Shown: positions 1 to 8,797, counted from the first letter of the stretch. The stretch is 42,330 nucleotides of DNA from Bacteroidales bacterium (GCA_049691735.1 JBAVOD010000217.1:1-42330), one strand, 5' to 3'. Numbers and translations are program-made. Notes: generated by a model from the letters alone, not told the origin.

Positions 1-57
1 CTACTAAAACCCCTGTACATCAGCAATGTTTTACATAAGAAACTAGCCAAAGTCAAG

Positions 58-88
58 ATGCCCCCCTCCCAGGGGGGCATAAGGGGGG
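58..88. other. Perfect 9-bp-stem hairpin ATGCCCCCC-tccca-GGGGGGCAT (58-80), followed by a second G6 run (83-88) that could pair alternatively with the C6 run
   Basis: Read directly: 58-66 is the reverse complement of 72-80. There is no adjacent U-tract on either strand, so it is not a canonical terminator. Confidence 0.6.
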
Positions 89-152
89 TTGCAAAAAGTT
101 TTTACCAGGGCCTCTCTCAGGGGCTTCATAGAGGCTGCTATTCATGTCTCCC

Positions 153-206
153 GTCATCGCGAGTATCCGCCTCCTGATCAGCATCGCTGGCGGATACGAA
201 GCAACC
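153..206 (+). repeat. GC-rich palindromic intergenic element: GTCATCGCGAG, then a hairpin GTATCCGCC(163-171)/GGCGGATAC(189-197), then CGAAGCAACC
   Basis: A 9-bp perfect inverted repeat with a 17-nt loop is seen directly. The flanks resemble, from memory, a short GTCATTGCGAG...CGAAGCAATC repeat type scattered in Bacteroidota intergenic DNA. The copy number is unverifiable here. Confidence 0.4.
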
Positions 207-446
207 TGCCCCCTGCCATTTAATAAACTGACATATGAAATCTTTTATACTTCTATTTTTTTGTATATTGCTTTCATTCTGAAAATATGATTTACCAGGA
301 GGTAACGATGATCCTTTATTTTCCTGAACATTATTTATACGCGGTGGCACAGAATGTATGCTACCTTAAGCGGTTTGCAGGGCTTTGAATGCAGGTCCTG
401 TCCGAAACCTGCGGTTGCCAGTCAAACTATATCCTGAAAGGAATCC

Positions 447-2504
447 ATGATAAATGACAAGCTAATAAATCCTGGTAGTATTGTTGTTGTCGGAGGGTCA
501 GCAGACCTTCAGAAACCAGGCGGAAAGATCCTGAAAAACATAATTGAAGGAGGATTTACCGGGGGACTTTATGTAGTCAACCCCAGGCAGGATCCGGTGC
601 AGGGTATCAAAGCCTTCAGTGACATCAGGGAAGTACCACCTGTCGATCTGGCCATTATTGCAATCCAGGCGAAATACTGCCCTCAGGTTGTTGAAGTCCT
701 GACTAAAGAAAAGCATACAGGTGCTTTTATAATTATTTCGGCAGGTTTCAGTGAGTCGGGAGAGGAGGGAAGGAGTCTTGAAAAAGAAGTTGCCGGAATG
801 ATCGACAGCTCGGGAGGCTGCCTTATAGGACCCAACTGCATCGGAGTCGTGACCACCACATACCATGGTGTATTTACCACACCTGTGCCCAAACTCAGCG
901 ACAAAGGATGCGATTTTGTTTCAGGTTCAGGGGCCACCGCCCTGTTCATAATAGAATCAGCCCTTCCGAAAGGACTTAGTTTTTCGAGTGTCTTTTCAGT
1001 AGGGAACAGCGCCCAGACCGGCGTTGAGGAAGTTTTGGAATACTGGGATCTGACATTCGATCCGGCGAAAAGTTCTCTTATCAAACTTATTTATGTGGAG
1101 ACCATCCCGAATCCTGACAAGCTTCTGCATCACGCTTCTTCGCTAATCCGCAAAGGATGCAGGATAGCGGCGATCAAGGCGGGGACCACCGAAGCCGGTT
1201 CGAGAGCTGCATCTTCGCATACCGGAGCGATGGCCTCATCTGACTCTGCGGTCGAAGCCCTTTTCCGGAAGGCAGGAATTGTCAGGTGTTCAGGCCGGGA
1301 GGAACTGACTACGGCAGCTTCGGTATTTATGCACAAGCCTCTCAAAGGAAGGAACATTGCAATCGTAACACATGCCGGCGGTCCGGCGGTTATGCTTACG
1401 GATGCGCTTTCATCCGGAGGCATGAACATTCCGAAGATCACTGGCGAGGATCACGACAGGATACTTGCAATGATGAACCCCGGAGCCTCTGCTGTAAATC
1501 CTATCGACATGATAGCCACCGCAACTATCGGACAGCTTGACAATGTCATTGAATATGTTGATAAGAAGCTCGACATGATCGACGGCATGAGTGTCATATT
1601 CGGGAATAACGGGCTGAATGACATGACCGGGATATATGATCTCCTTCACATGAAGATCTTAGAGTGCAACAAGCCACTATACCCCATACTTCCGTCAATA
1701 TCAAGCTCTTCAAGGGAACTTGGGTATTTCATGGACAAGGGACATGTCAACTTCCCTGACGAAGTTGTTCTGGGGAGAGCCCTTACAAGGATCTCAAATA
1801 CACCATACCCGGCTGAAGAAAAGATCTTTCTTGAAAATATTGATGTCCCTGCTGTCAGGGCGATTATTGACAATGCTCATAACGGTTATCTCGAACCTGC
1901 AAGTATCCAGCAGCTTCTCCGGGCAGCCAGCATCCCGGCTGTCAGGGAATCGATCGCCAATACAAGAAGGGAAATAGTGGACCTGGCTGAAAAAATGGGC
2001 TATCCGGTAGCGCTCAAGGTTGTTGGCCCTGTCCATAAATCGGATGTTGGAGGTGTTACCCTTAATGTAAAATCTCGCAATCACCTTGAGGCCGAGTTTT
2101 CAAGAATGAAAAAGATTAAGGGTGTCACAGGGGTGATGATCCAGGAGATGCTCGCCGGGACTGAGTTATTCATAGGTGCAAAGTATGAGCCGAGGTTCGG
2201 CCACATAATCCTTTGCGGTCTCGGAGGAATCTTTGTTGAGGTGCTCGGGGATGTGTCATCGGGTCTGGCACCACTTACGTTCAGCGAAGCCGATTCCATG
2301 ATAAAAAGTCTCAGGGCATACAGGATTATAAGGGGTACGCGCGGGAAACCCGGAATTAATGAATCGAGATTCGCTGAGATTATTGTGAGATTGTCAAGCC
2401 TGCTGAGATTTGCTACCGAAATTAAGGAAATGGACCTTAATCCGCTGATTGGCAGTGAGAAAGAGATAACGGTAGTTGATGCACGCATTAGAGTCGAAAA
2501 ATGA
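447..2504 (+). CDS. ADP-forming (NDP-forming) acyl-CoA/acetyl-CoA synthetase, fused alpha-beta type (CoA-binding, succinyl-CoA-ligase-like and ATP-grasp domains)
   Basis: 685-aa ORF. N-terminal CoA-binding motif GSIVVVGGSADLQKPGGK. Phosphohistidine loop AASSHTGAMASS. C-terminal ATP-grasp-like region GYPVALKVVGPVHKSDVGGV. No GNAT domain. Confidence 0.85.
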   Translation: MINDKLINPGSIVVVGGSADLQKPGGKILKNIIEGGFTGGLYVVNPRQDPVQGIKAFSDIREVPPVDLAIIAIQAKYCPQVVEVLTKEKHTGAFIIISAGFSESGEEGRSLEKEVAGMIDSSGGCLIGPNCIGVVTTTYHGVFTTPVPKLSDKGCDFVSGSGATALFIIESALPKGLSFSSVFSVGNSAQTGVEEVLEYWDLTFDPAKSSLIKLIYVETIPNPDKLLHHASSLIRKGCRIAAIKAGTTEAGSRAASSHTGAMASSDSAVEALFRKAGIVRCSGREELTTAASVFMHKPLKGRNIAIVTHAGGPAVMLTDALSSGGMNIPKITGEDHDRILAMMNPGASAVNPIDMIATATIGQLDNVIEYVDKKLDMIDGMSVIFGNNGLNDMTGIYDLLHMKILECNKPLYPILPSISSSSRELGYFMDKGHVNFPDEVVLGRALTRISNTPYPAEEKIFLENIDVPAVRAIIDNAHNGYLEPASIQQLLRAASIPAVRESIANTRREIVDLAEKMGYPVALKVVGPVHKSDVGGVTLNVKSRNHLEAEFSRMKKIKGVTGVMIQEMLAGTELFIGAKYEPRFGHIILCGLGGIFVEVLGDVSSGLAPLTFSEADSMIKSLRAYRIIRGTRGKPGINESRFAEIIVRLSSLLRFATEIKEMDLNPLIGSEKEITVVDARIRVEK

Positions 2505-2664
2505 TTTTGATGAGTTTTTAAATAAACAAGCTCAACTATTTATAAATTCGGGGTTTTTAATTCAGGAAGGACAAATATTGGTTGAGCCGAAGGAGATCGG
2601 ACGCAGCGAGGGCAAATCAAAACGGGTAGCAGACAAACGAAAATTTTAACACAATTCCCTGATA

Positions 2665-3990
2665 ATGGAAAACATTCCAATTTCCGGCAGCCTTATTGAA
2701 TCTGTGATGAAAGAGACCGGCGTTACTTCGCCGGGTTCGGTATCAATACGGGAAATAGTATCACTGGTAAACAGGATTGAGGATCGGGCAGGTCTGAATT
2801 TCGTCAGGATGGAGATGGGAGTGCCGGGGATCCCCGCACCCTCCATCGCTATTGAAGCCGAGATCAACGCCCTGAGGAACGGAGCCGCATCTGTCTATCC
2901 TGATATTTCAGGTCTGCCGCAGCTGAAAAAGGAAGCATCGAGGTTCATAAAGCTTTTTCTTGATGTTGATGTGGATCCACGCGGATGCGTTCCGACGGTC
3001 GGATCAATGCTCGGATCAATGCTTTGCTTCCTGGTAGCTAACCGCAACGACAGGACAAAGGAAGGTACATTGTTCCTCGATCCGGGATTTCCTGTCCAGA
3101 AACAACAGGTCAAAATGCTGGGGCACGATTATTTTTCATTCGACATATACAATTTCCGCGGGAAAAAACTGAGATCCAGGATTGAATCATACCTTGCTAC
3201 CGGCAAAGTTTCCTCGCTTCTGTTTTCAAATCCGAATAATCCGTCATGGATATGTCTTAATGAAGAGGAGCTTGCAGTGATCGGTGAGCTTGCAAACAAA
3301 TATGATGTGATAGTCATCGAGGATCTTGCTTATTTCGGGATGGATTTCAGGAAGGATTATTCCAATCCGGGCAGGCCGCCTTTCCAGCCAACCGTTGCAA
3401 AGTACACAAACGACTATATAATACTTATCTCGAGCTCAAAGATTTTCAGCTATGCAGGGCAGAGAATAGCCATGATGGCCATTTCCGACCATCTGTTCAA
3501 CAGATCGTATCCCGATCTTTTAAGATACTTTTCGTCGGATAAATTCGGACATTCAGCTATCTTCGGGGCATTATATGCACTTACGGCCGGAGTGGCCCAC
3601 TCAGTACAGTACGGGCTTGCAGCAATTCTGAAAGCAGTGAACGATGGCACTTATAATTTCAGGAATGATGTTGTTGAATATGGGGAAAAAGCCATGCTGA
3701 TGAAGAAGATGTTTATCGAAAACGGTTTCCGGATTGTGTACGACAGGGATCTTGATGAGCCTCTTGCCGACGGCTTCTATTTTACTATCTCTTATCCCGG
3801 AATGACAGGCGACAAACTGCTTGGCCGGCTGTTGCATTACGGGATCAGCGCAATAACGCTCAATTCCACCGGAAGTGAACATCCGGAGGGCCTGAGGGCA
3901 TGTGTGTCACAGGTGCCAAGGAGCATTTTTGAAGATCTCAGGTCCAGGCTTGAATGCTTTCACCGGGATCACCCTTTTGACAAAAATTAA
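2665..3990 (+). CDS. PLP-dependent aminotransferase, class I/II (fold type I)
   Basis: 441-aa ORF. PLP-lysine motif SSSKIFSYAGQRIA. NPNNPS motif (FSNPNNPSW), typical of class I aminotransferases. Confidence 0.85.
   Translation: MENIPISGSLIESVMKETGVTSPGSVSIREIVSLVNRIEDRAGLNFVRMEMGVPGIPAPSIAIEAEINALRNGAASVYPDISGLPQLKKEASRFIKLFLDVDVDPRGCVPTVGSMLGSMLCFLVANRNDRTKEGTLFLDPGFPVQKQQVKMLGHDYFSFDIYNFRGKKLRSRIESYLATGKVSSLLFSNPNNPSWICLNEEELAVIGELANKYDVIVIEDLAYFGMDFRKDYSNPGRPPFQPTVAKYTNDYIILISSSKIFSYAGQRIAMMAISDHLFNRSYPDLLRYFSSDKFGHSAIFGALYALTAGVAHSVQYGLAAILKAVNDGTYNFRNDVVEYGEKAMLMKKMFIENGFRIVYDRDLDEPLADGFYFTISYPGMTGDKLLGRLLHYGISAITLNSTGSEHPEGLRACVSQVPRSIFEDLRSRLECFHRDHPFDKN
2999..3022 (+). repeat. Perfect in-frame 12-bp tandem duplication (tcggatcaatgc x2) inside the aminotransferase, encoding GSML-GSML
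   Basis: Read directly: 2999-3010 is identical to 3011-3022. Confidence 0.9.
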
Positions 3991-4001
3991 ATGATTATTA
4001 T

Positions 4002-4265
4002 ATGGCGAAGATCATAGGAAGTATTGTAGTAGATATTGACAGATGCAAAGGCTGTGAGATTTGCATGGTCTCCTGCCCTACAGGGACGATAGCGATGGCA
4101 ACGGAGGTCAATATTAAAGGATACAGATATGCATACCCGGCAAAACCGGAACTATGCAACGGATGCATCAACTGCGCAATTGTGTGCCCCGATGGTGTGA
4201 TAACGGTTTACAAAACAAAAATACAGGCTGCTGATGGAAAAGGAATTAAGGTTAATGAAGGGTAA
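4002..4265 (+). CDS. 2x[4Fe-4S] ferredoxin-type delta subunit of 2-oxoacid:ferredoxin oxidoreductase
   Basis: 87-aa ORF with two CxxCxxCxxxCP motifs (CKGCEICMVSCP, CNGCINCAIVCP), directly upstream of the alpha subunit. Confidence 0.85.
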   Translation: MAKIIGSIVVDIDRCKGCEICMVSCPTGTIAMATEVNIKGYRYAYPAKPELCNGCINCAIVCPDGVITVYKTKIQAADGKGIKVNEG

Positions 4266-5304
4266 CGAGGCTGTTGCTGAAGCTGCCATAAGGGCAGGAG
4301 CCGACGGTTATTTCGGATACCCTATCACTCCCCAGAGTGAAATAATCGAATATCTGATGGAAGCGAAGCCATATGAGACGACCGGCATGGTAGTCCTGCA
4401 GGCTGAAAGTGAGCTTGCCTCAATTAACATGGTGTATGGCGGTGCAGGTTGCGGGAAAAAGGTAATGACTACCTCATCATCTCCCGGAATAAGCCTCATG
4501 CAGGAAGGGATAACATATATGGCCGGAGCTGAACTGCCCTGCCTTGTAGTGAATGTTGTCAGAGGCGGCCCCGGCCTGGGTACCATTCAGCCTTCCCAGT
4601 CCGATTATTTCCAGGCTACAAAGGGAGGCGGACATGGAGATTACCGGTTGATAGTGCTTGCCCCGGCTTCAGTCCAGGAAATGGCTGATTTTGTTGAGCT
4701 TAGTTTTGAACTTGCATTCAAATACAGAAACCCCGTCATGATGTTGTCCGACGGCGCAATAGGGCAGATGATGGAGAAGGTCTGGCTCGGTCCGCAGAAG
4801 GAAAGATCAAAGGTGGTTCCCGAATGGGCGACCACCGGCAAACCGCTGTCCAGACAAAGGAATATCATTACTTCCCTTGAGCTCGATTCCAACCGGCAGG
4901 AGATATTTAATCGGAAGCTGGTAGACAAGTACAATGAGATAAAGGAAAAAGAGGTCCGGTATGAGGAATTTAAGTGTGATGATGCCGAATATCTGATAGT
5001 AGCTTATGGGACCAGCGCCAGGGTCGGACAGAAGGCTGTCGAACTTGCCAGGGAGAAGGGTATCAGGGCGGGGTTGTTACGCCCGATCACACTTTTCCCG
5101 TTCCCCTCAAAACCGATAAACAAGCTTGCAGACAGGGTAAAGCTGATCCTGTCGGTTGAAATGAGCGCCGGTCAGATGGTAGAAGATGTAATGCTGTCAG
5201 TTAGCGGAAAAGTTCCGGTTTATCATTACGGAAGGATGGGAGGTGTTATCCCGACACCCGATGAAGTGCTTGACAATCTTAGAGAACGAATATTAGCAGT
5301 TTAA
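4234..5304 (+). CDS. 2-oxoacid:ferredoxin oxidoreductase alpha subunit (VorB/KorA type)
   Basis: 356-aa ORF. LMKGNEAVAEAAIRAG...FGYPITPQSE is a typical N-terminus of this family. An alternative start at ATG 4255 (MKGNEA) would reduce the overlap with the delta subunit to 11 nt. Confidence 0.9.
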   Translation: MEKELRLMKGNEAVAEAAIRAGADGYFGYPITPQSEIIEYLMEAKPYETTGMVVLQAESELASINMVYGGAGCGKKVMTTSSSPGISLMQEGITYMAGAELPCLVVNVVRGGPGLGTIQPSQSDYFQATKGGGHGDYRLIVLAPASVQEMADFVELSFELAFKYRNPVMMLSDGAIGQMMEKVWLGPQKERSKVVPEWATTGKPLSRQRNIITSLELDSNRQEIFNRKLVDKYNEIKEKEVRYEEFKCDDAEYLIVAYGTSARVGQKAVELAREKGIRAGLLRPITLFPFPSKPINKLADRVKLILSVEMSAGQMVEDVMLSVSGKVPVYHYGRMGGVIPTPDEVLDNLRERILAV

Positions 5305-5307
5305 GAG

Positions 5308-6126
5308 ATGAGAGAAATTGCAGGAATAAAGGAAATAGTAAAGCCTGAGAATCTGGTTTACAGAAAATCAACTGTCCTTACCGACGCTATCATGCATTAC
5401 TGCCCGGGATGCGGTCACAGCACCACCCACAGGATCATTGCCGAGGTAATTGAAGAAGAAGGGCTGCAGCAGGACACTATAGCGGTTTCACCCGTAGGTT
5501 GTTCGGTATTTATGTATAACTACCTTGATCTTGACTGTCAGGAAGCCGCTCATGGCAGGGCACCGGCCGTGGCAACCGCTATTAAGAGGCTGCTGCCCGA
5601 AAAATTTGTTTTTGCCTACCAGGGTGACGGCGATCTGGCTGCCATCGGAACTGCCGAGACCATACATACGTGCAATCGCGGTGAAAATATCCTTATGATC
5701 TTCATCAACAACGGGATATACGGAATGACTGGTGGACAGATGGCTCCTACGACAATCCCCGGGATGAAATCGTCAACCTCACCGTACGGAAGGGATGTGA
5801 AAATAATGGGTAATCCGTTGAAGATTACTGATATAGTAGCCACATTGCCTGGCACGTATTATGTTACCCGCCAGAGTGTTCACACACCGCTAAATGTAAG
5901 AAGAACAAAGAGGGCAATCAGAAAGGCAGTTCAGTATCAGAAACTTAATAAAGGCACATGTTTTATTGAAATAGTATCAAACTGCCCCTCCGGGTGGAAA
6001 ATGCAGCCCGTGCAGTCGAACAGGTGGATGGAGGAGAACATGTTCCCTTACTATCCCCTGGGTGACCTGAAGGTCCCGGCCGAACAACCTTCAAAACAAA
6101 CGCCAAATACTGAAGAAAATGACTGA
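5308..6126 (+). CDS. 2-oxoacid:ferredoxin oxidoreductase beta subunit (TPP-binding)
   Basis: 272-aa ORF. HYCPGCGH cysteine motif and TPP motif YQGDGDLAAIG...NNGIYGMTGGQ. Confidence 0.9.
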   Translation: MREIAGIKEIVKPENLVYRKSTVLTDAIMHYCPGCGHSTTHRIIAEVIEEEGLQQDTIAVSPVGCSVFMYNYLDLDCQEAAHGRAPAVATAIKRLLPEKFVFAYQGDGDLAAIGTAETIHTCNRGENILMIFINNGIYGMTGGQMAPTTIPGMKSSTSPYGRDVKIMGNPLKITDIVATLPGTYYVTRQSVHTPLNVRRTKRAIRKAVQYQKLNKGTCFIEIVSNCPSGWKMQPVQSNRWMEENMFPYYPLGDLKVPAEQPSKQTPNTEEND

Positions 6127-6688
6127 AGAGATAATTATAGCCGGTTTCGGCGGCCAGGGAGTACTGTCGATGGGCAAGATAATGGCTTATTCGGGAGTAA
6201 TGCAGGATATGGAAGTAAGCTGGATGCCTTCATACGGGCCTGAAATGCGCGGTGGCACAGCTAATGTCATAGTTATATTAAGCAATGAGAGGATCAGCTC
6301 TCCAATTGTAAAGCACTTTGACACGGCGATAATACTTAACCAGCAATCCCTTGATAAATTTGAAGAGTCTGTAAAACCCGGCGGGATTCTCATTTATGAC
6401 GGGAACGGCATCACCAGGCATCCTGAAAGGAAGGATATTGCGATATATCGTGTTGACGCGGCTGAGGAAGCATCAAAAATGAACAGCCTTAAAACATTTA
6501 ACATGATAGTACTGGGTGGATTCCTGAAAGTGAAGCCGGTATTAAAGCTTGAAAATGTGATCAAAGGGCTGAAGAAATCGCTTCCTGAAAGATATCATAA
6601 GCTGATACCGGAAAATGAAAAAGCACTAACCAGGGGTGCTGAGATTATAAAGGAGATAAGCAGTCCACGGGTTGCCTACTTCTCGTAG
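6119..6688 (+). CDS. 2-oxoacid:ferredoxin oxidoreductase gamma subunit
   Basis: 189-aa ORF. N-terminal IIIAGFGGQGVLSMGKI motif. 8-nt overlap with the beta subunit. Confidence 0.85.
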   Translation: MTEEIIIAGFGGQGVLSMGKIMAYSGVMQDMEVSWMPSYGPEMRGGTANVIVILSNERISSPIVKHFDTAIILNQQSLDKFEESVKPGGILIYDGNGITRHPERKDIAIYRVDAAEEASKMNSLKTFNMIVLGGFLKVKPVLKLENVIKGLKKSLPERYHKLIPENEKALTRGAEIIKEISSPRVAYFS

Positions 6689-7272
6689 AAATGCATGTCA
6701 ACAATATACTTCCACACCGCAGGGTGCAGGAAATATGACATATTTTTCCCGTTCCTGATCCCGTTCCGGATAAAAGTTCCCGAGATCTTCATCAGCGGAG
6801 CATTCACTCTCCTTATTGTTGCTTTTGACAGTATTTCTTCGAGATATGGATTTTTATTCGCGGGAGCGTCGGGCCTCGGATAGACATAAAGAGGGAACTT
6901 CTTTACAAGCTCCGTGGCATTCTTCCATTTGTGAAGCGTGAAAAGGTTATCTTCACCCATAACGAGCACAAATTTATGCTTAGGATATTTTTCTGTAAGC
7001 CATACCATTGTGTCGATCGTATACGACGGGGCCGGGAGCCGGAATTCGATATCCGACGGCTTCAGGCTGTCATTGTCTCCGATTGCCAGTTCCACAAGAT
7101 ATAGTCTGTGGTGATCGGCAAGCAGGGTATCCTTCTTTTTAAGAGGATTCTGCGGGCTGATAACGAACCATACCTGCTCAAGATCAGTGAACTCCTTCAT
7201 GTAACCTGCAATAGCTGTGTGCCCGATATGGACCGGATTGAACGATCCGAAAAACAAGCCTATTCTGGCCAT
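6676..7272 (-). CDS. nadD: Nicotinate-nucleotide adenylyltransferase
   Basis: HxGH motif FGSFNPVHIGH. I place the start at ATG 7272 (MARIGLFFG), one nucleotide after the gmk stop. The track ORF extends to 7350 inside gmk. Confidence 0.9.
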   Translation of the reverse strand: MARIGLFFGSFNPVHIGHTAIAGYMKEFTDLEQVWFVISPQNPLKKKDTLLADHHRLYLVELAIGDNDSLKPSDIEFRLPAPSYTIDTMVWLTEKYPKHKFVLVMGEDNLFTLHKWKNATELVKKFPLYVYPRPDAPANKNPYLEEILSKATIRRVNAPLMKISGTFIRNGIRNGKNMSYFLHPAVWKYIVDMHFYEK

Positions 7273-7273
7273 A

Positions 7274-7855
7274 CTAGTCTCCCGTGTTTTTGTCAAGAAA
7301 CGATCTAACGATCTCGCGGGCCTCATTTGCAGCCCTTTCAAGAATGTCATTTATGATGACGTGATCAAAATGAGAAGCAAGGTTCATCTCCTCCACCGCC
7401 TTGGCAACCCTGATCTTTATCTTTTCACTGTTTTCGGTCCCTCTAATTACGAGTCTTTTTTCGAGTTCTTCAACCGAAGGCGGCATAACGAATATCGAAA
7501 TGGCCCTGGTACCGAAAATATCCTTAAGATGGATGCCTCCCTTAGGGTCAACATCAAAAAGGACATGATTGTCATGCGACCAGATCTTTTCAACCTCGCT
7601 TTTGAGTGTACCATAAAACTGGTCCCTGTAAACTTCCTCCCATTCAACAAATTCATTCCTGCCGATCCTTGACCTGAACTCATCAGCTGAGATGAAATAG
7701 TATTCTTTTCCGTTTATTTCAGTACCTCTGGGCTTCCGGGTTGTTGCCGAAACAGAAAATTCGAGGTTAAGCCCTTTTTCGAGGAGGTGGTTTACGATTG
7801 TAGTTTTTCCTGCACCTGATGGTGCTGAAATAATAACCAGCTTGCCTTCCATCAA
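7274..7855 (-). CDS. gmk: Guanylate kinase
   Basis: 193 aa. P-loop ISAPSGAGKTT and TTRKPR motif. Confidence 0.95.
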   Translation of the reverse strand: MMEGKLVIISAPSGAGKTTIVNHLLEKGLNLEFSVSATTRKPRGTEINGKEYYFISADEFRSRIGRNEFVEWEEVYRDQFYGTLKSEVEKIWSHDNHVLFDVDPKGGIHLKDIFGTRAISIFVMPPSVEELEKRLVIRGTENSEKIKIRVAKAVEEMNLASHFDHVIINDILERAANEAREIVRSFLDKNTGD

Positions 7856-8727
7856 AGAATATTGTTGGTCTGTTCCTTGATCTTTTCAAGTTCATCCTTC
7901 ATCATCACAACCAGCTTCTGAATTGAGGCATCGTTGGCTTTCGATCCGAGGGTATTGATCTCGCGTCCGATCTCCTGGGTTATGAAGCTCAGTATCTTGC
8001 CATTGGGAGAATCGCTCATGATGGTCTCAAGAAAATATTCGCAATGCTTTTTCAGCCTTACCTTTTCTTCGTTTATGTCAAACTTTTCAAGGTAGAATAT
8101 CAGTTCCTGTTCGAACCTGTCCCTGTCAATATTTTCAGTTCCTGCATTATCCCTTATGATGCCGGTAAGCCGTTCCCTTACCCTTGCAATCCTGCCTGGT
8201 TCGAATTTTTCAATTTCCTCCAGGCTTAAGAGGATCCTGTCGAGGCATTTCTTCATGTCGGCCTCTATTGATTTGCCTTCTTCGGACCTGTAGAGGTCAA
8301 GAACCCTGACCGACTCCAGTATCCGGGCTTTCACCAGTTCCCATTCATGATCGGGAAGTTCAGGCTTTTCGGTTTTAAGCGCATCCGGCATCTTCATTAT
8401 GATCGACATGATCTGGGGATCGATATTAACGTCAAGTTCGGAGGCTATCTCCTTCATCTGATTGAAATAATTCTTTACAACAGGCTTGTTAATAATTGGT
8501 ACGCCCTCATCTTCAATTATATCAAAATAAATTGTAATGTCAATCTTCCCCCTGTCGAGCTTCTGACTTATTAGGTTTCTTATTTCAGGTTCTTTTTCCT
8601 TATAAAGCCACGGAACCTTGGTTGTCACGTCAAGCTGGCGCGAGTTGAGCGATTTGATCTCAATCGTAATCTTTTTCTGCGGGGTCTCGGCGATTGCTTT
8701 CCCGTAACCTGTCATCGATTTTATCAT
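7852..8727 (-). CDS. yicC: YicC-family stress-induced protein (endoribonuclease YicC family)
   Basis: 291 aa. Characteristic N-terminus MIKSMTGYG and C-terminal EIGREINTLGSKAND motif. 4-nt overlap with the gmk start. Confidence 0.85.
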   Translation of the reverse strand: MIKSMTGYGKAIAETPQKKITIEIKSLNSRQLDVTTKVPWLYKEKEPEIRNLISQKLDRGKIDITIYFDIIEDEGVPIINKPVVKNYFNQMKEIASELDVNIDPQIMSIIMKMPDALKTEKPELPDHEWELVKARILESVRVLDLYRSEEGKSIEADMKKCLDRILLSLEEIEKFEPGRIARVRERLTGIIRDNAGTENIDRDRFEQELIFYLEKFDINEEKVRLKKHCEYFLETIMSDSPNGKILSFITQEIGREINTLGSKANDASIQKLVVMMKDELEKIKEQTNNIL

Positions 8728-8797
8728 CTGAGATTCTGTATATTATGTTATAATTCAATTTTTGTGACCCTGTTGATCTCCTTTGGGTTACCTGCTT

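Noticed and set aside
138-350. 70-aa minus-strand ORF in the 446-nt leader
   Set aside because: It spans the GC-rich hairpin elements, has low-complexity and odd composition, and has no recognisable motif or start context. It is most likely a by-product of noncoding repeats.
5302-5310. Four junctions where the stop codon, exactly 3 nt and the next start are all in one frame (5304/5308, 19667/19671, 23620/23624, 30833/30837), suggesting read-through fusions
   Set aside because: Each pair consists of well-known separate proteins or subunits. The pattern is explained by tight operon packing, and there is no recoding signal or selenocysteine-type structure.
8198-8206. ggttcgaat, resembling a tRNA T-loop
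   Set aside because: It lies inside the yicC coding sequence. No complementary acceptor or T-stem sequences flank it, so no cloverleaf can be drawn.
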